From Candidatus Anaerostipes excrementavium (GTDB lineage Bacteria > Bacillota > Clostridia > Lachnospirales > Lachnospiraceae), in assembly GCA_019114985.1 (NCBI GenBank), contig DXEM01000007.1, forward strand, positions 21,077-85,076: a stretch of DNA of 64,000 nt, in the 5' to 3' direction. Within the stretch, counting starts at the first letter, position 1. Every line of letters begins with the position of its first letter. Below, in pieces: positions 39,555-48,978 of the stretch. The notes under the pieces are model-generated. The model had not been told where the DNA came from and did no database searches. It saw only the letters and a list, made by a program, of their open reading frames with translations. A program made the translations under genes and the position numbers.

Positions 39555-40430
39555 CTAAATATAATCCAGATTCTCTTTCCTTTTCCTCAAATCTTCTTTT
39601 TTTGTCTGCCAATTTTCTTTTCGATATTGAGACGGAGTGTCCCCCACCTTCTTTTTAAATAATTTTGAAAATACAAGCGGATCTTCATACCCGCAGGATC
39701 TGCTGATATCTTCAATGGATAATTCGCTGACTGACAGCAGCTCCATCCCTCTGGAGATTCTGTAGCGGATTAAATATTCCTGAGGCGATGTTGCCAAATG
39801 TTTTACAAAAAGATGATATAGATATCCTCTTGTCACTCCTACATAATCTGCAATATCTGTTACATGAATTTGATAGAAATAATGGTTTTGTATATATTCC
39901 ACCGCCCTTTGTACATAAAGATTCTGCGACTCACTTTTCGATTTGCTTTCTACTTTTATGCTGCGGGACAGTACGGCAAAAAAGTGATACAAAAAACTTT
40001 CTCTCAAAAATTCATTTTCCACAGAGTAATTATCCCTTTTCATAATATCAAACTGCATTTTTTTCAATTCTTCCATATTGCGGAATCGAAATGTTTTCTG
40101 TTCTCCTCCCAGTCCGATATCCCGCAGATATTCTTTTGCCTTCGTTCCGCTAAAACCAACCCACATATAAGACCATGGCTGTTCGGCATCTGCCTGATAA
40201 AAAGTACTCACCTCTGGCTCAATCAAAAATCCTTCCCCAGCCTCAAGATTATACGATTCCTCTCCAATCATGTATTTTCCTTTTCCTTGAAGAATTAAAT
40301 GAATTAAATAATTAGGTCTAACCGCAGGCCCGAAACTATGCAGGGGACTGCAGTCTGCATATCCGCAAAAACATAAATAAAACTCTGAAAACTTTCGATT
40401 CTTTAACTGCAGTACATAAGCATCTTCCAT
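39555..40430 (-). CDS. AraC-family regulator (MsmR/MelR-like)
   Basis: HSFGPAVRPNYLIH cupin domain; C-terminal GYEDPLVFSKLFKK. Confidence 0.9.
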   Translation of the reverse strand: MEDAYVLQLKNRKFSEFYLCFCGYADCSPLHSFGPAVRPNYLIHLILQGKGKYMIGEESYNLEAGEGFLIEPEVSTFYQADAEQPWSYMWVGFSGTKAKEYLRDIGLGGEQKTFRFRNMEELKKMQFDIMKRDNYSVENEFLRESFLYHFFAVLSRSIKVESKSKSESQNLYVQRAVEYIQNHYFYQIHVTDIADYVGVTRGYLYHLFVKHLATSPQEYLIRYRISRGMELLSVSELSIEDISRSCGYEDPLVFSKLFKKKVGDTPSQYRKENWQTKKEDLRKRKENLDYI

Positions 40431-40489
40431 CTTTTCTCCTTTCCGGACACTTGTTATATTCCTGAACTGTATTCTTAATCTAAATCATT

Positions 40490-41005
40490 TTATGCTATCG
40501 TCATAATCCATTTTTCCACCGCCTCAGCCAAGGCAATCTGCTGTTCTAAAACGGCCCATCCTACCTCCGGAATCTTATCTGCATCTTTTTTTTCTGCTGC
40601 GTTTTCTTCCAGATATGCTTTTAATATCTGAATCTGCTTTCGAATATTTTCCAGACATTTTTTTCGTTCCTCAACAGACAAATGATCTAGATTTACGATC
40701 ACTGCGTTAAAATCCAGGAAAAAGCGGATGGGTCCATTGGAAATCTCCAGCATAAGCTCTCGAAATCTCTCTGCTCCGGCATCCGTAAGCGAATAAATCG
40801 CCTTTTCTGGCATTTTCCCTTCCCGAACGATCTTACCGGTAATCAGCCCTTTTTTCTCCAGCTGAATCACTTTTTTATAAATCGATGGAGTACTGATCTT
40901 TACCCATTTTGAAATATTTCGATATTCTACTAATTTCTGAATATCATAAGCACTCAATGGTTCTTTCTTTAACATTCCTAACACGATCAAATCAATGGCT
41001 GCCAT
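40490..41005 (-). CDS. PadR-family regulator
   Basis: LIVLGML, AYDI, SIYKKVIQLEKKGLI, YSLTDAG. Confidence 0.88.
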   Translation of the reverse strand: MAAIDLIVLGMLKKEPLSAYDIQKLVEYRNISKWVKISTPSIYKKVIQLEKKGLITGKIVREGKMPEKAIYSLTDAGAERFRELMLEISNGPIRFFLDFNAVIVNLDHLSVEERKKCLENIRKQIQILKAYLEENAAEKKDADKIPEVGWAVLEQQIALAEAVEKWIMTIA

Positions 41006-41024
41006 ACGAATCCTCCTTCTTCTA

Positions 41025-41084
41025 TTGACATCTACTATAAATTATAGTAGTATGTGTTTCGCAACTTACTATAATTTATAGTAA
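41025..41084. promoter_or_regulatory. MATE promoter with two palindromic PadR-candidate operators
   Basis: TTGACA at 41025; CTACTATAAATTATAGTAG (41032-41050) and TTACTATAATTTATAGTAA (41066-41084). Confidence 0.65.
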
Positions 41085-41125
41085 AACGTCATATATGACT
41101 TGTCAAGAATGAAAGGAGAAAACCA

Positions 41126-42502
41126 ATGAACAAACAAAATCAAAGAATTGAACTTCTAGGAGAAACACCTATTCCCAGAGCTTTGCTGTCTATGGGATTG
41201 CCGACGATGGCAGGAATGCTGATCAATGCCCTTTACAATCTAGCCGATACTTACTTTGTCGGAGGGTTAGGAACAGACTCCATGGCTGCTGTAACGGTCG
41301 CATTCCCCTTAGGTCAGATCATTGTAGGACTGGGATTGTTATTCGGCAATGGCGCAGCCGCTTACCTATCGAGACTTCTAGGGCGCAATGAAAGGCAAAC
41401 AGCAAATCACGCAGCAAGCACTGCTTTATACAGCAGCATATTGGTTGGCGGACTTGCGATCTTTTTCTGTGTTATTTTCCTGGAATCGATCCTGAGACAA
41501 TTCGGAGCGCCGGATCACATTATGCCGATGGCTATGTCTTATACACAGATTTATATTATCTTTTCAATCTTTAATATTTTTAATGTCACTATGAACAATA
41601 TTGTCTCCAGTGAAGGAGCGGCCAAGACCGCGATGTGCACACTTATGATCGGCGCAGTGATCAACGTTTTACTTGATCCTTTCTTTATTTATACTCTTAA
41701 GCTAGGTGTATGCGGTGCTGCAATCGCTACCGCAATTTCACAGATTATTTCCTCCATCATCTATATCTTCTACATCCTCCGAAAGAAAAGTATCTTTTGC
41801 TTTCGCATCAGAGAATGTCGTTTTTCCAAAAAAATCCTCTCAGAAATTTTGAAAATCGGCATTCCTACTTTCATGTTTCAGATCCTTACCAGCGCTTCTA
41901 TTGCAATGATCAACGACGCCGCAAAAGTATACGGCAGTTCCGCTCTTGCTTCCATGGGGCCGGTGACAAAAATCACATCTATGGGAACGTTAGTCGTATA
42001 TGGTTTCTTGAAAGGCTTCCAGCCAATCGCCGGTTTCAGCTACGGTGCAAAAAAATATGACCGCCTGCAGGAAGCAATCCAAACGGCGATCTTATGGTCT
42101 ACGGCATTTTGTATTATTTTTGGTCTTTTGTCTATGGTTTTTCCTGCTCAGATCATGTCCATGTTTTCCACCTATGATAAAGAAATGATACGGATTGGAC
42201 AACAGGCTCTGCGGGCAAACGGACTATCGTTTATTCTTTTTGGTTTTTACACCACTTATTCTTTTTTATTTCTCGTCATGGGAAAGGCAAAAGAAGGTTG
42301 TTTCCTTGGAGCCTGCCGTCAGGGAATCTGCTTTTTCCCTGTCATTTTGTTTCTCCCACGAATCTGGGGACTGAATGGCGTCATTCTTGCCCAGCCGCTG
42401 GCTGATATTTTATCTGCTGTCATAACAGGATATATGGCAATCCGCCTCCGCCGCGAATTAGCTATGGACAGACAACAAGACAACCCGCAGACGAATAGAT
42501 AA
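41126..42502 (+). CDS. MATE efflux transporter
   Basis: LYNLADTYFVG, NVLLDPFFIY, GAAIAT, QPIAGFSYGA. Confidence 0.92.
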   Translation: MNKQNQRIELLGETPIPRALLSMGLPTMAGMLINALYNLADTYFVGGLGTDSMAAVTVAFPLGQIIVGLGLLFGNGAAAYLSRLLGRNERQTANHAASTALYSSILVGGLAIFFCVIFLESILRQFGAPDHIMPMAMSYTQIYIIFSIFNIFNVTMNNIVSSEGAAKTAMCTLMIGAVINVLLDPFFIYTLKLGVCGAAIATAISQIISSIIYIFYILRKKSIFCFRIRECRFSKKILSEILKIGIPTFMFQILTSASIAMINDAAKVYGSSALASMGPVTKITSMGTLVVYGFLKGFQPIAGFSYGAKKYDRLQEAIQTAILWSTAFCIIFGLLSMVFPAQIMSMFSTYDKEMIRIGQQALRANGLSFILFGFYTTYSFLFLVMGKAKEGCFLGACRQGICFFPVILFLPRIWGLNGVILAQPLADILSAVITGYMAIRLRRELAMDRQQDNPQTNR

Positions 42503-42560
42503 TCTGTGCCTTTAGATTCCGCTGCGGCCCGGTCTCTGCCGGTGCCGCTGCGGTTAAAAT

Positions 42561-43469
42561 CTATTTTTTCTCATCGTACTCAATAGCTGCTTTGCCTGTT
42601 TTTTCATACAACAATCTTTTGTTTTTATAAGTCAGGATATACTCTGCCCCGCCGGCAACGGTCTCTTGTACCTGTCTTGTCATTTTCCCATTCTCCGGCG
42701 CTTTCAGCAGATTCCTGCCGTTTTTTGAAAAACGAGCCCGCAGTCGATACTGTCCCTGGCGAATCCATAATTCTCTGCTGTTGATTTTTTGAACCGACCC
42801 GCCAAGGTAAGCAGCGAATCGATATTCTCTATTTCCCAACAGTACAAAGCCAAGACAGCCTGTAAAATGGATCCCGGCAAGAGGAATCGATGCCGCAGCA
42901 AGCATGATCGACCCCTGCGGCAAAAAATGCTGGGTCCAAATATATTGATCCGGAAACGATGTTCCGCTGTCCCCTTCCATATATCCCATTGCATTTTGAA
43001 AACATATTTTCTCATGACCAATCGTTAACTCACCGTTTACCAAATGCCTCATGCTGTAGACTGCATGCTGACACTGCATTCCCGGAATATGCGCGAACGG
43101 CCCCATGATGTGATATTTTGGTTCCTTCCATTTCCGAAACCGAAGGATTCCCTGTACGGATGCTATCTTTTGTATTTCTGTTCTGCTGCTTTTCTGTCCG
43201 TTCTGAAAGCTTCCTGTCGCCGCTGCCTCAAATGACAGACGGATTCCTTTCTTGGAAAATAGATTTTCTCCAATCTGCATGATTCCTTTGTTTCGATCGA
43301 TTCGAAGCTGAGAAATCGGAAATTCTTTGGACCAGCTTCCTTTCTGGGTGATAATCTGAATCGAACAAGAACGTTCTTTTTCCGATAAATGAACTGCCGG
43401 AATCACCGCAATGCTTCCGCTGCTGCTCTGACATCGAAAATACCAGCCATAGAAATAATTACACATCAT
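42561..43469 (-). CDS. Tocopherol-cyclase-like protein
   Basis: YFYGWYF, IMGPF, GYMEGDSGTSFP, YIWTQ aromatic beta-rich pattern. Confidence 0.7.
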   Translation of the reverse strand: MMCNYFYGWYFRCQSSSGSIAVIPAVHLSEKERSCSIQIITQKGSWSKEFPISQLRIDRNKGIMQIGENLFSKKGIRLSFEAAATGSFQNGQKSSRTEIQKIASVQGILRFRKWKEPKYHIMGPFAHIPGMQCQHAVYSMRHLVNGELTIGHEKICFQNAMGYMEGDSGTSFPDQYIWTQHFLPQGSIMLAAASIPLAGIHFTGCLGFVLLGNREYRFAAYLGGSVQKINSRELWIRQGQYRLRARFSKNGRNLLKAPENGKMTRQVQETVAGGAEYILTYKNKRLLYEKTGKAAIEYDEKK

Positions 43470-44892
43470 GAATTCCCTCCTGCGCCGGTCCGTCCATCAA
43501 ATTTCCCTTATAATCAAACCGAGAACCGTGGCAAGGGCAATCCCAGGATCGTTCATCCGGATTCCATGTTAATTCACAGCCTAAATGCGGGCAGACAATA
43601 TCTACCTGGTGGATTTCTCCTTCTTCTGTTTTATACACCCCGGCTTTGCCTTCCAACGTTTCAACGACCGCTCCATGCCCCGGTTTCAGCCCGCTTACTG
43701 TCTCATCTGGAAGTTTGAAAAATCGTTTTGTCAATCCTTTGACTGCCTGTCCGCTGTCCGTTACAAGCTGCGGAATCTCTTCCAAAGAAAATCTGGACGG
43801 TGTAAATACTTCTGCATATGGGTTTTCCAATCCGCAGATCCTGTCTGTCAGCAGCATCGCAGATACCATCGCAGAACTCATCCCCCATTTTTGGAATCCG
43901 GTCGCTGCAAACCAGTTTGGACGATCGTCCGCATACTGCCCAATAAACGGAATTTTATCCGTCGTAATACAATCCTGTGCCGACCAAAATGCCATGACAC
44001 AACTGGAAGGATAACATTTTCTGGCCGCTTTTTTCAGCCTCTCATAGCGTCCGCCTTCCTGATTCTCTCCGACTCGGTGTGCCTGTCCTCCAAGCAGAAT
44101 ATAAGGACCATACTGCCGAAAAGAAAGTGTATCGTCCCCATCTCCGATATACATGCCATGGAGCGTTCCCGCATCTTCCAAGGCAAGGGCATAAGACCGC
44201 TCCTGGTGCATCCTGGCAAAATACATCCCCGGAAAATTCACAAAAGGAAAATGGGTGGCAAAAACAATGTAATCGGCTTTCACGCTGCCTCCATCTGTTT
44301 TTACCAGATGTTCTTCCACTTCTTTCACCAAAGTATCTTCATAGATGTTAAGCGATCCGGCCAACGCATCGATAAATTTTAACGGATGAAACTGTGCCTG
44401 TCCCGGAAACCGCACCGCTCCAGCACAGGAAACCGGAATTTCAATCTGCTTTTCAAAAACAGCATCCACCCCTAATTTCTTTGCCGCTTCTGTCTCCTGT
44501 TCCAATTTTTCTACATCTTTTGAATACACATAAGAATCACAAACGTTGAAATCACAATCTATGTCTTCTTCTTGAACGATCCTTTTGTACTCTTCTACTG
44601 CTGCCTGATTTGCCTGTACATATTTCCCGGCAATTTCCTCTCCTTTTTTCTCGAGAAATGCATGGCAGAACATTCCATGCTGTGAAGTAATCTTCGCCGT
44701 GGTATTCTCTGTCTGACCGCTGCCGACCCGATTTGCCTCCAAAACAACAACATCCACTCCGGCCTGCATCAGGCGCCAGGCTGTCAAGATCCCTGCCATG
44801 CCGCCTCCGATCACTACAACATCTGTCTTCTGCTCTCCGGTTAATGCAGCTCTTTTCTTTCTATTCCATGTTTTGCTCCAAATTGATTCCAT
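43459..44892 (-). CDS. FAD-dependent oxidoreductase with a C-terminal Rieske domain (YhfW-like)
   Basis: VIGGGMAG, TTAKIT, CPHLGC...WDCPCHGSRF; start MESIW at 44892. Confidence 0.9.
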   Translation of the reverse strand: MESIWSKTWNRKKRAALTGEQKTDVVVIGGGMAGILTAWRLMQAGVDVVVLEANRVGSGQTENTTAKITSQHGMFCHAFLEKKGEEIAGKYVQANQAAVEEYKRIVQEEDIDCDFNVCDSYVYSKDVEKLEQETEAAKKLGVDAVFEKQIEIPVSCAGAVRFPGQAQFHPLKFIDALAGSLNIYEDTLVKEVEEHLVKTDGGSVKADYIVFATHFPFVNFPGMYFARMHQERSYALALEDAGTLHGMYIGDGDDTLSFRQYGPYILLGGQAHRVGENQEGGRYERLKKAARKCYPSSCVMAFWSAQDCITTDKIPFIGQYADDRPNWFAATGFQKWGMSSAMVSAMLLTDRICGLENPYAEVFTPSRFSLEEIPQLVTDSGQAVKGLTKRFFKLPDETVSGLKPGHGAVVETLEGKAGVYKTEEGEIHQVDIVCPHLGCELTWNPDERSWDCPCHGSRFDYKGNLMDGPAQEGIHDV

Positions 44893-45050
44893 TTCCTGCC
44901 TCCAAATTCTTTTACCTATAATATCTCCCACCAAGACCGGTTTATACCTATTCCTAACTTTCCTATGAAATAAAAAATAAAAGAAAAGATGGCATCCTGA
45001 AAATGAAAATGATATCCTAAAATCAAGATCAAAAATAAAGGAGGATTGAC

Positions 45051-46052
45051 ATGCCATTTACTATCGTCCGTCAGGACATTACGAAAATGAACGTTGACGC
45101 CATCGTAAATGCAGCCAACACAGAACTGCGCATGGGCGGCGGAGTCTGCGGCGCGATCTTTCACGCTGCCGGCGCCGAAGAACTTCAGGAAGCCTGCAGT
45201 CAAGCCGCTCCTATTAAAACAGGCGGCGCGGCAATTACTCTCGGATTCGCGCTGCCCGCAGATTACATTATCCATGCAGCCGGTCCGGTCTACCATCGCC
45301 TGGACAAAAGAAGAGCAAAACGTCTCCTTCGCTCTGCCTACACGGAATCTCTAAAATTAGCAGAAGCATACCATTGTGAAAGCATTGCTTTTCCGCTGAT
45401 TTCCAGCGGCATTTACGGATACCCAAAAGCCGAAGCGCTGCAAGTGGCTTCGGAAGCAATCGAGGATTTCCTTTCTGAGCACGATATGGATGTATATCTG
45501 GCCGTTTTCGATAAATCTGCTTTTGTTGTCAGTAAAAAACTGATGAAAAACGTAGAGAGCTATATCGACCAGCACTATGTAGATACCCACAGCGTTCAAC
45601 GGAGACCGTTATTAGATGTAGAACAAAACGTATTGGAATCAACCTATGCGCCCGATTTCCAACCTGAACCAATGATGTCCGGAGCGCCTTTGGATGACCT
45701 GATAAACCATCTGGATGAACCATTTTCCGACACGCTCCTTCGGCTGATCGACGAAAAAGGCAAAACCGATGCAGAAGTTTATAAAAAGGCAAACATCAGC
45801 CGGAAGCTATTTTCCAAGATCCGCTCCATCAAAGGATATACCCCAAAGAAAGCGACGATCCTTGCTTTGGCAATTGCATTGGAACTCTCTCTATCGGAAA
45901 CAGACGAGCTGTTGGAACGGGCCGGATACGCCCTCTCTCACGCCAGTAAATTTGACGTAATTATAGAATATTTCATCATAAACGGAAAATACAATATTTT
46001 TGAAATTAATGAAGTATTGTTTCAATACGACCAGCCGCTGCTTGGCTCATAA
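45051..46052 (+). CDS. Macrodomain (ADP-ribose hydrolase/binding) fused to a C-terminal XRE-like HTH domain
   Basis: DIT, AIVNAAN, GGGVCGAIF, IHAAGP, AFPLISSGIYG; C-terminal VYKKANISRKLFSKIR...ILALAIAL. Confidence 0.88.
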   Translation: MPFTIVRQDITKMNVDAIVNAANTELRMGGGVCGAIFHAAGAEELQEACSQAAPIKTGGAAITLGFALPADYIIHAAGPVYHRLDKRRAKRLLRSAYTESLKLAEAYHCESIAFPLISSGIYGYPKAEALQVASEAIEDFLSEHDMDVYLAVFDKSAFVVSKKLMKNVESYIDQHYVDTHSVQRRPLLDVEQNVLESTYAPDFQPEPMMSGAPLDDLINHLDEPFSDTLLRLIDEKGKTDAEVYKKANISRKLFSKIRSIKGYTPKKATILALAIALELSLSETDELLERAGYALSHASKFDVIIEYFIINGKYNIFEINEVLFQYDQPLLGS

Positions 46053-46057
46053 TCAAT

Positions 46058-46101
46058 GTCGCTTTGCAGGCGACCAAACGCTCTCCTGATTTCTGTATGA
46101 T
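46058..46101 (+). promoter_or_regulatory. GTCGC-N7-GCGAC palindrome plus a TATGAT -10 box upstream of vWA-ARH
   Basis: Palindrome at 46058-46074, -10 at 46096-46101, no consensus -35. Confidence 0.45.
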
Positions 46102-46133
46102 AGACTCATCAAAGAGAACAGGAGGAAATCATA

Positions 46134-46787
46134 ATGAAAAAGAATTTAACAGAACTCGTATTTATCTTAGATCGAAGCGGCTCCATGTATGGATTGGAGC
46201 AAGATACTATTGGCGGTTTCAATTCCATGCTGACAAAACAAAAATCCCTGGATGGTGAATGCCGAATTACTACTGTCTTATTCGATCATCAGTACACTTT
46301 GTTCCACGACCGAATCGATATCCAGGCCGTTTCTCCAATGTCAGAGAAAGACTATTTTGTCGGCGGGTCTACTGCCCTTCTGGACGCCATTGGCACCACA
46401 ATCGATAAACTGATTCGAGTACAGCGGCACACAGCCGAAAGCTACCGTGCTCAAAAAGTCATTTTCGTCATTATCACAGATGGAGAAGAAAATTCCAGCC
46501 GGAAATATTCTTATGATCAGGTCAAGGCCAAAATTGAGCACGAAAAAGAAGCTTATGGATGGGAATTTATATTTCTCGGCGCCAACATGGATGCTGTGAA
46601 GACGGCCAGCCAGTTCGGCATCCACGCAGACCGGGCGGCAGAATATGTACCGGATGCTGTTGGAACGACCCTAAACTTTGAAATGATGTCAAATGCTGTG
46701 TCAGAATTTCGCCAATGCAGCACGATTTCCGATCAGCATTTTGAAACAATTCGTAAAGATCGAAAGAAACGAGGTGATAAAAGATGA
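46134..46787 (+). CDS. Stand-alone vWA-domain protein
   Basis: MIDAS DRSGS, TALLDAIG, ITDGEEN. Confidence 0.9.
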   Translation: MKKNLTELVFILDRSGSMYGLEQDTIGGFNSMLTKQKSLDGECRITTVLFDHQYTLFHDRIDIQAVSPMSEKDYFVGGSTALLDAIGTTIDKLIRVQRHTAESYRAQKVIFVIITDGEENSSRKYSYDQVKAKIEHEKEAYGWEFIFLGANMDAVKTASQFGIHADRAAEYVPDAVGTTLNFEMMSNAVSEFRQCSTISDQHFETIRKDRKKRGDKR

Positions 46788-47650
46788 TGGGAGCTATCAT
46801 TGGAGATATTGTCGGCTCCGTCTATGAGTGGCACAATATCAAGAAGAAAAGATTTTCACTTTTCCGCAAAACCTGCTTTTTTACTGACGACACGGTCATG
46901 ACAGCGGCCGTAGCCGAAGCCTTAATGAACGGCGGCAGCGAAGATGATTTTATCGATGCTATGAAAAAATATGGCAAACTGTATCCAGATGCCGGATATG
47001 GCATACGTTTTGATTCCTGGATTCACTCAGATAGCCGCGAGCCTTATCAATCCTATGGCAACGGCTCTGCCATGCGGGTATCCCCAGTGGGCTGGATCAT
47101 GGACTGTGACTCTTTCGCCAAGTCCAGAGTCTGGCCAACCCAAGGGCAGGATCTGGCAAAACGATCTGCCGCTGTCACACACAATCATCCGGAAGGCATC
47201 AAAGGCGCTATGGCTGTGGCGGATGCCATCTTCATCTGCCGTCTCTACCGCGGGAAATACAGCGCAGATTCCAGCAGCGAACCAATTCTTTCTACCTTGG
47301 AAGACTGTAAACGAATGGTAAAAGAACATACCCAGCAGGAATATGGCTATGATCTAAGCCGCACCCTTGATCAAATCCGTCCATCCTATCGTTTCAATGA
47401 AAGCTGCCAGGAAACTGTTCCACAGGCAATTACAGCCTTTCTGGAAAGCACTGATTTTGAAGATGCCATCCGAAATGCCATCTCTTTGGGCGGCGACAGC
47501 GATACTCTTGCCGCTATCACCGGCAGCATTGCAGAAGCAGCTTATGACATCCCGCAATGGATTAAAGAAAGAGCCTGGAAATACCTTGACAAACCACTTC
47601 AAGATGTCTATAAGCGATGGGAAATATTTCTTAAAGAAGGGTTTTCATAA
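46784..47650 (+). CDS. ADP-ribosylglycohydrolase (ARH/DraG family)
   Basis: GAIIGD, FTDDT, GNGSAMR, THNH, GGDSDT; ATGA overlap with vWA. Confidence 0.92.
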   Translation: MMGAIIGDIVGSVYEWHNIKKKRFSLFRKTCFFTDDTVMTAAVAEALMNGGSEDDFIDAMKKYGKLYPDAGYGIRFDSWIHSDSREPYQSYGNGSAMRVSPVGWIMDCDSFAKSRVWPTQGQDLAKRSAAVTHNHPEGIKGAMAVADAIFICRLYRGKYSADSSSEPILSTLEDCKRMVKEHTQQEYGYDLSRTLDQIRPSYRFNESCQETVPQAITAFLESTDFEDAIRNAISLGGDSDTLAAITGSIAEAAYDIPQWIKERAWKYLDKPLQDVYKRWEIFLKEGFS

Positions 47651-47654
47651 AAAT

Positions 47655-47704
47655 GAGGGTATCTACAAGTCATCAAATACGATGACAGAGATACCCTCTC
47701 TTTT
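47655..47704. terminator. Bidirectional terminator
   Basis: GAGGGTATCT...AGATACCCTC with an internal GTCATC/GATGAC stem. Confidence 0.7.
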
Positions 47705-47720
47705 GCAGGCTTTAAAAGAC

Positions 47721-47861
47721 TTATTTTATCGTTTTTTCATAAACATTACTGGCATAATTCCAATACATGGATCTGTTAAACGTCCAATCTGCTTCTCTTG
47801 CCATATAAATCAGATTGGATAAGAGCAATTCGTTCATAATTTTTTTAATACGTTTCATCAT
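47721..47861 (-). CDS. Small 46-aa protein (below the ORF-track cutoff)
   Basis: SD AAGGAG, then MMKRIKKIMNELLLSNLIYMAREADWTFNRSMYWNYASNVYEKTIK, followed by a terminator. Confidence 0.45.
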   Translation of the reverse strand: MMKRIKKIMNELLLSNLIYMAREADWTFNRSMYWNYASNVYEKTIK

Positions 47862-48006
47862 AGCTTACTCAACTCCTTTTCTTAAATTTCTTTCCGTTGC
47901 TTTCTAATATTATTATAACGAATAAAATTCATTGTTTCTCCATTAAAAACGGTATATAATATAACAAAAACGACAATTTGATTATTTTACACGAAAAGGA
48001 GAATTT

Positions 48007-48927
48007 ATGCCTGAAATCATCTATACCGTTCCAAAAGATGAAAAAGGAAAAGAGCTAGTAACACATGGAACATCTCTTTTCCCATGTGAAATCTATGACA
48101 GAGATGTCCATCAATATATTACAAATGAAATACCGCCGCATTGGCATCATGATATGGAATTATTTTTATTAATAGAAGGAAGCGCCCATCTCTCCTTTGC
48201 AGACGCTGAATACGATCTGAAACCAGGAGAAGGTTTTTTTGCAAATTCCGGCGTGCTCCACGGCATTTCCTGTCTTTCGGGGGATGTCTGCCATTATCAC
48301 TCTATGGTTTTTGACCCGATCATCTTATCGGGAGCTTCCGGAAGCGCCTATGATCTTCTTTATCTGCGTCCGTTTATGGAACACGGCTCTCCTGTTCGAA
48401 TCTTTCGCCCGCATGACAACATGAAAGGAGATGTACTCGCTGATTTGTTTTCCTCCGCTTTTGATGCCTGCGCATCCGGTGCGGACGGGTATGAATTTGT
48501 TGTCCGCAATCTTTTATCCCAAATTTTTCTTATTCTAAAAGAATTTTCAGATTATAAAAATGACCGAAAAAACAGCCAGCAAGAACTCCGCATGAAGCAG
48601 ATGCTCTCCTGGCTGGATGAACATTATATGGAAGAAATCTCCGTTTCTCAGCTCGCAGACGCTGCCGGAATCTGTGTCCGGGAATGCCAGCGTTCTTTTG
48701 CCAACATCCTGCACACTACGCCGATCCGGTACCTAAATCGCCGCCGAATCACCATTGCCGCCGGATTCTTAGTATCAACTGATATGTCTATCAGCGAAAT
48801 CGGACTCTGCTGCGGATTTGATAACCCCAGTTATTTCACGAAACAGTTTAAAGAAATCATTGGTATGACGCCAAAAGTCTATCGAAAAAAATATAACTCT
48901 GAACCTGATGATGATTCTCCTAATTAA
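48007..48927 (+). CDS. AraC-family regulator with a cupin domain
   Basis: PHWHHDME; C-terminal GFDNPSYFTKQFK. Confidence 0.92.
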   Translation: MPEIIYTVPKDEKGKELVTHGTSLFPCEIYDRDVHQYITNEIPPHWHHDMELFLLIEGSAHLSFADAEYDLKPGEGFFANSGVLHGISCLSGDVCHYHSMVFDPIILSGASGSAYDLLYLRPFMEHGSPVRIFRPHDNMKGDVLADLFSSAFDACASGADGYEFVVRNLLSQIFLILKEFSDYKNDRKNSQQELRMKQMLSWLDEHYMEEISVSQLADAAGICVRECQRSFANILHTTPIRYLNRRRITIAAGFLVSTDMSISEIGLCCGFDNPSYFTKQFKEIIGMTPKVYRKKYNSEPDDDSPN

Positions 48928-48978
48928 TCGAAAAGATCCCATGCTTCCTTACGATCAAGAAAGCACAGGATCTCTTCT

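Noticed and set aside
42503-42560. CCGCTGCGG repeated twice between MATE and the cyclase-like gene
   Set aside because: Adequately explained as a terminator hairpin between convergent genes.
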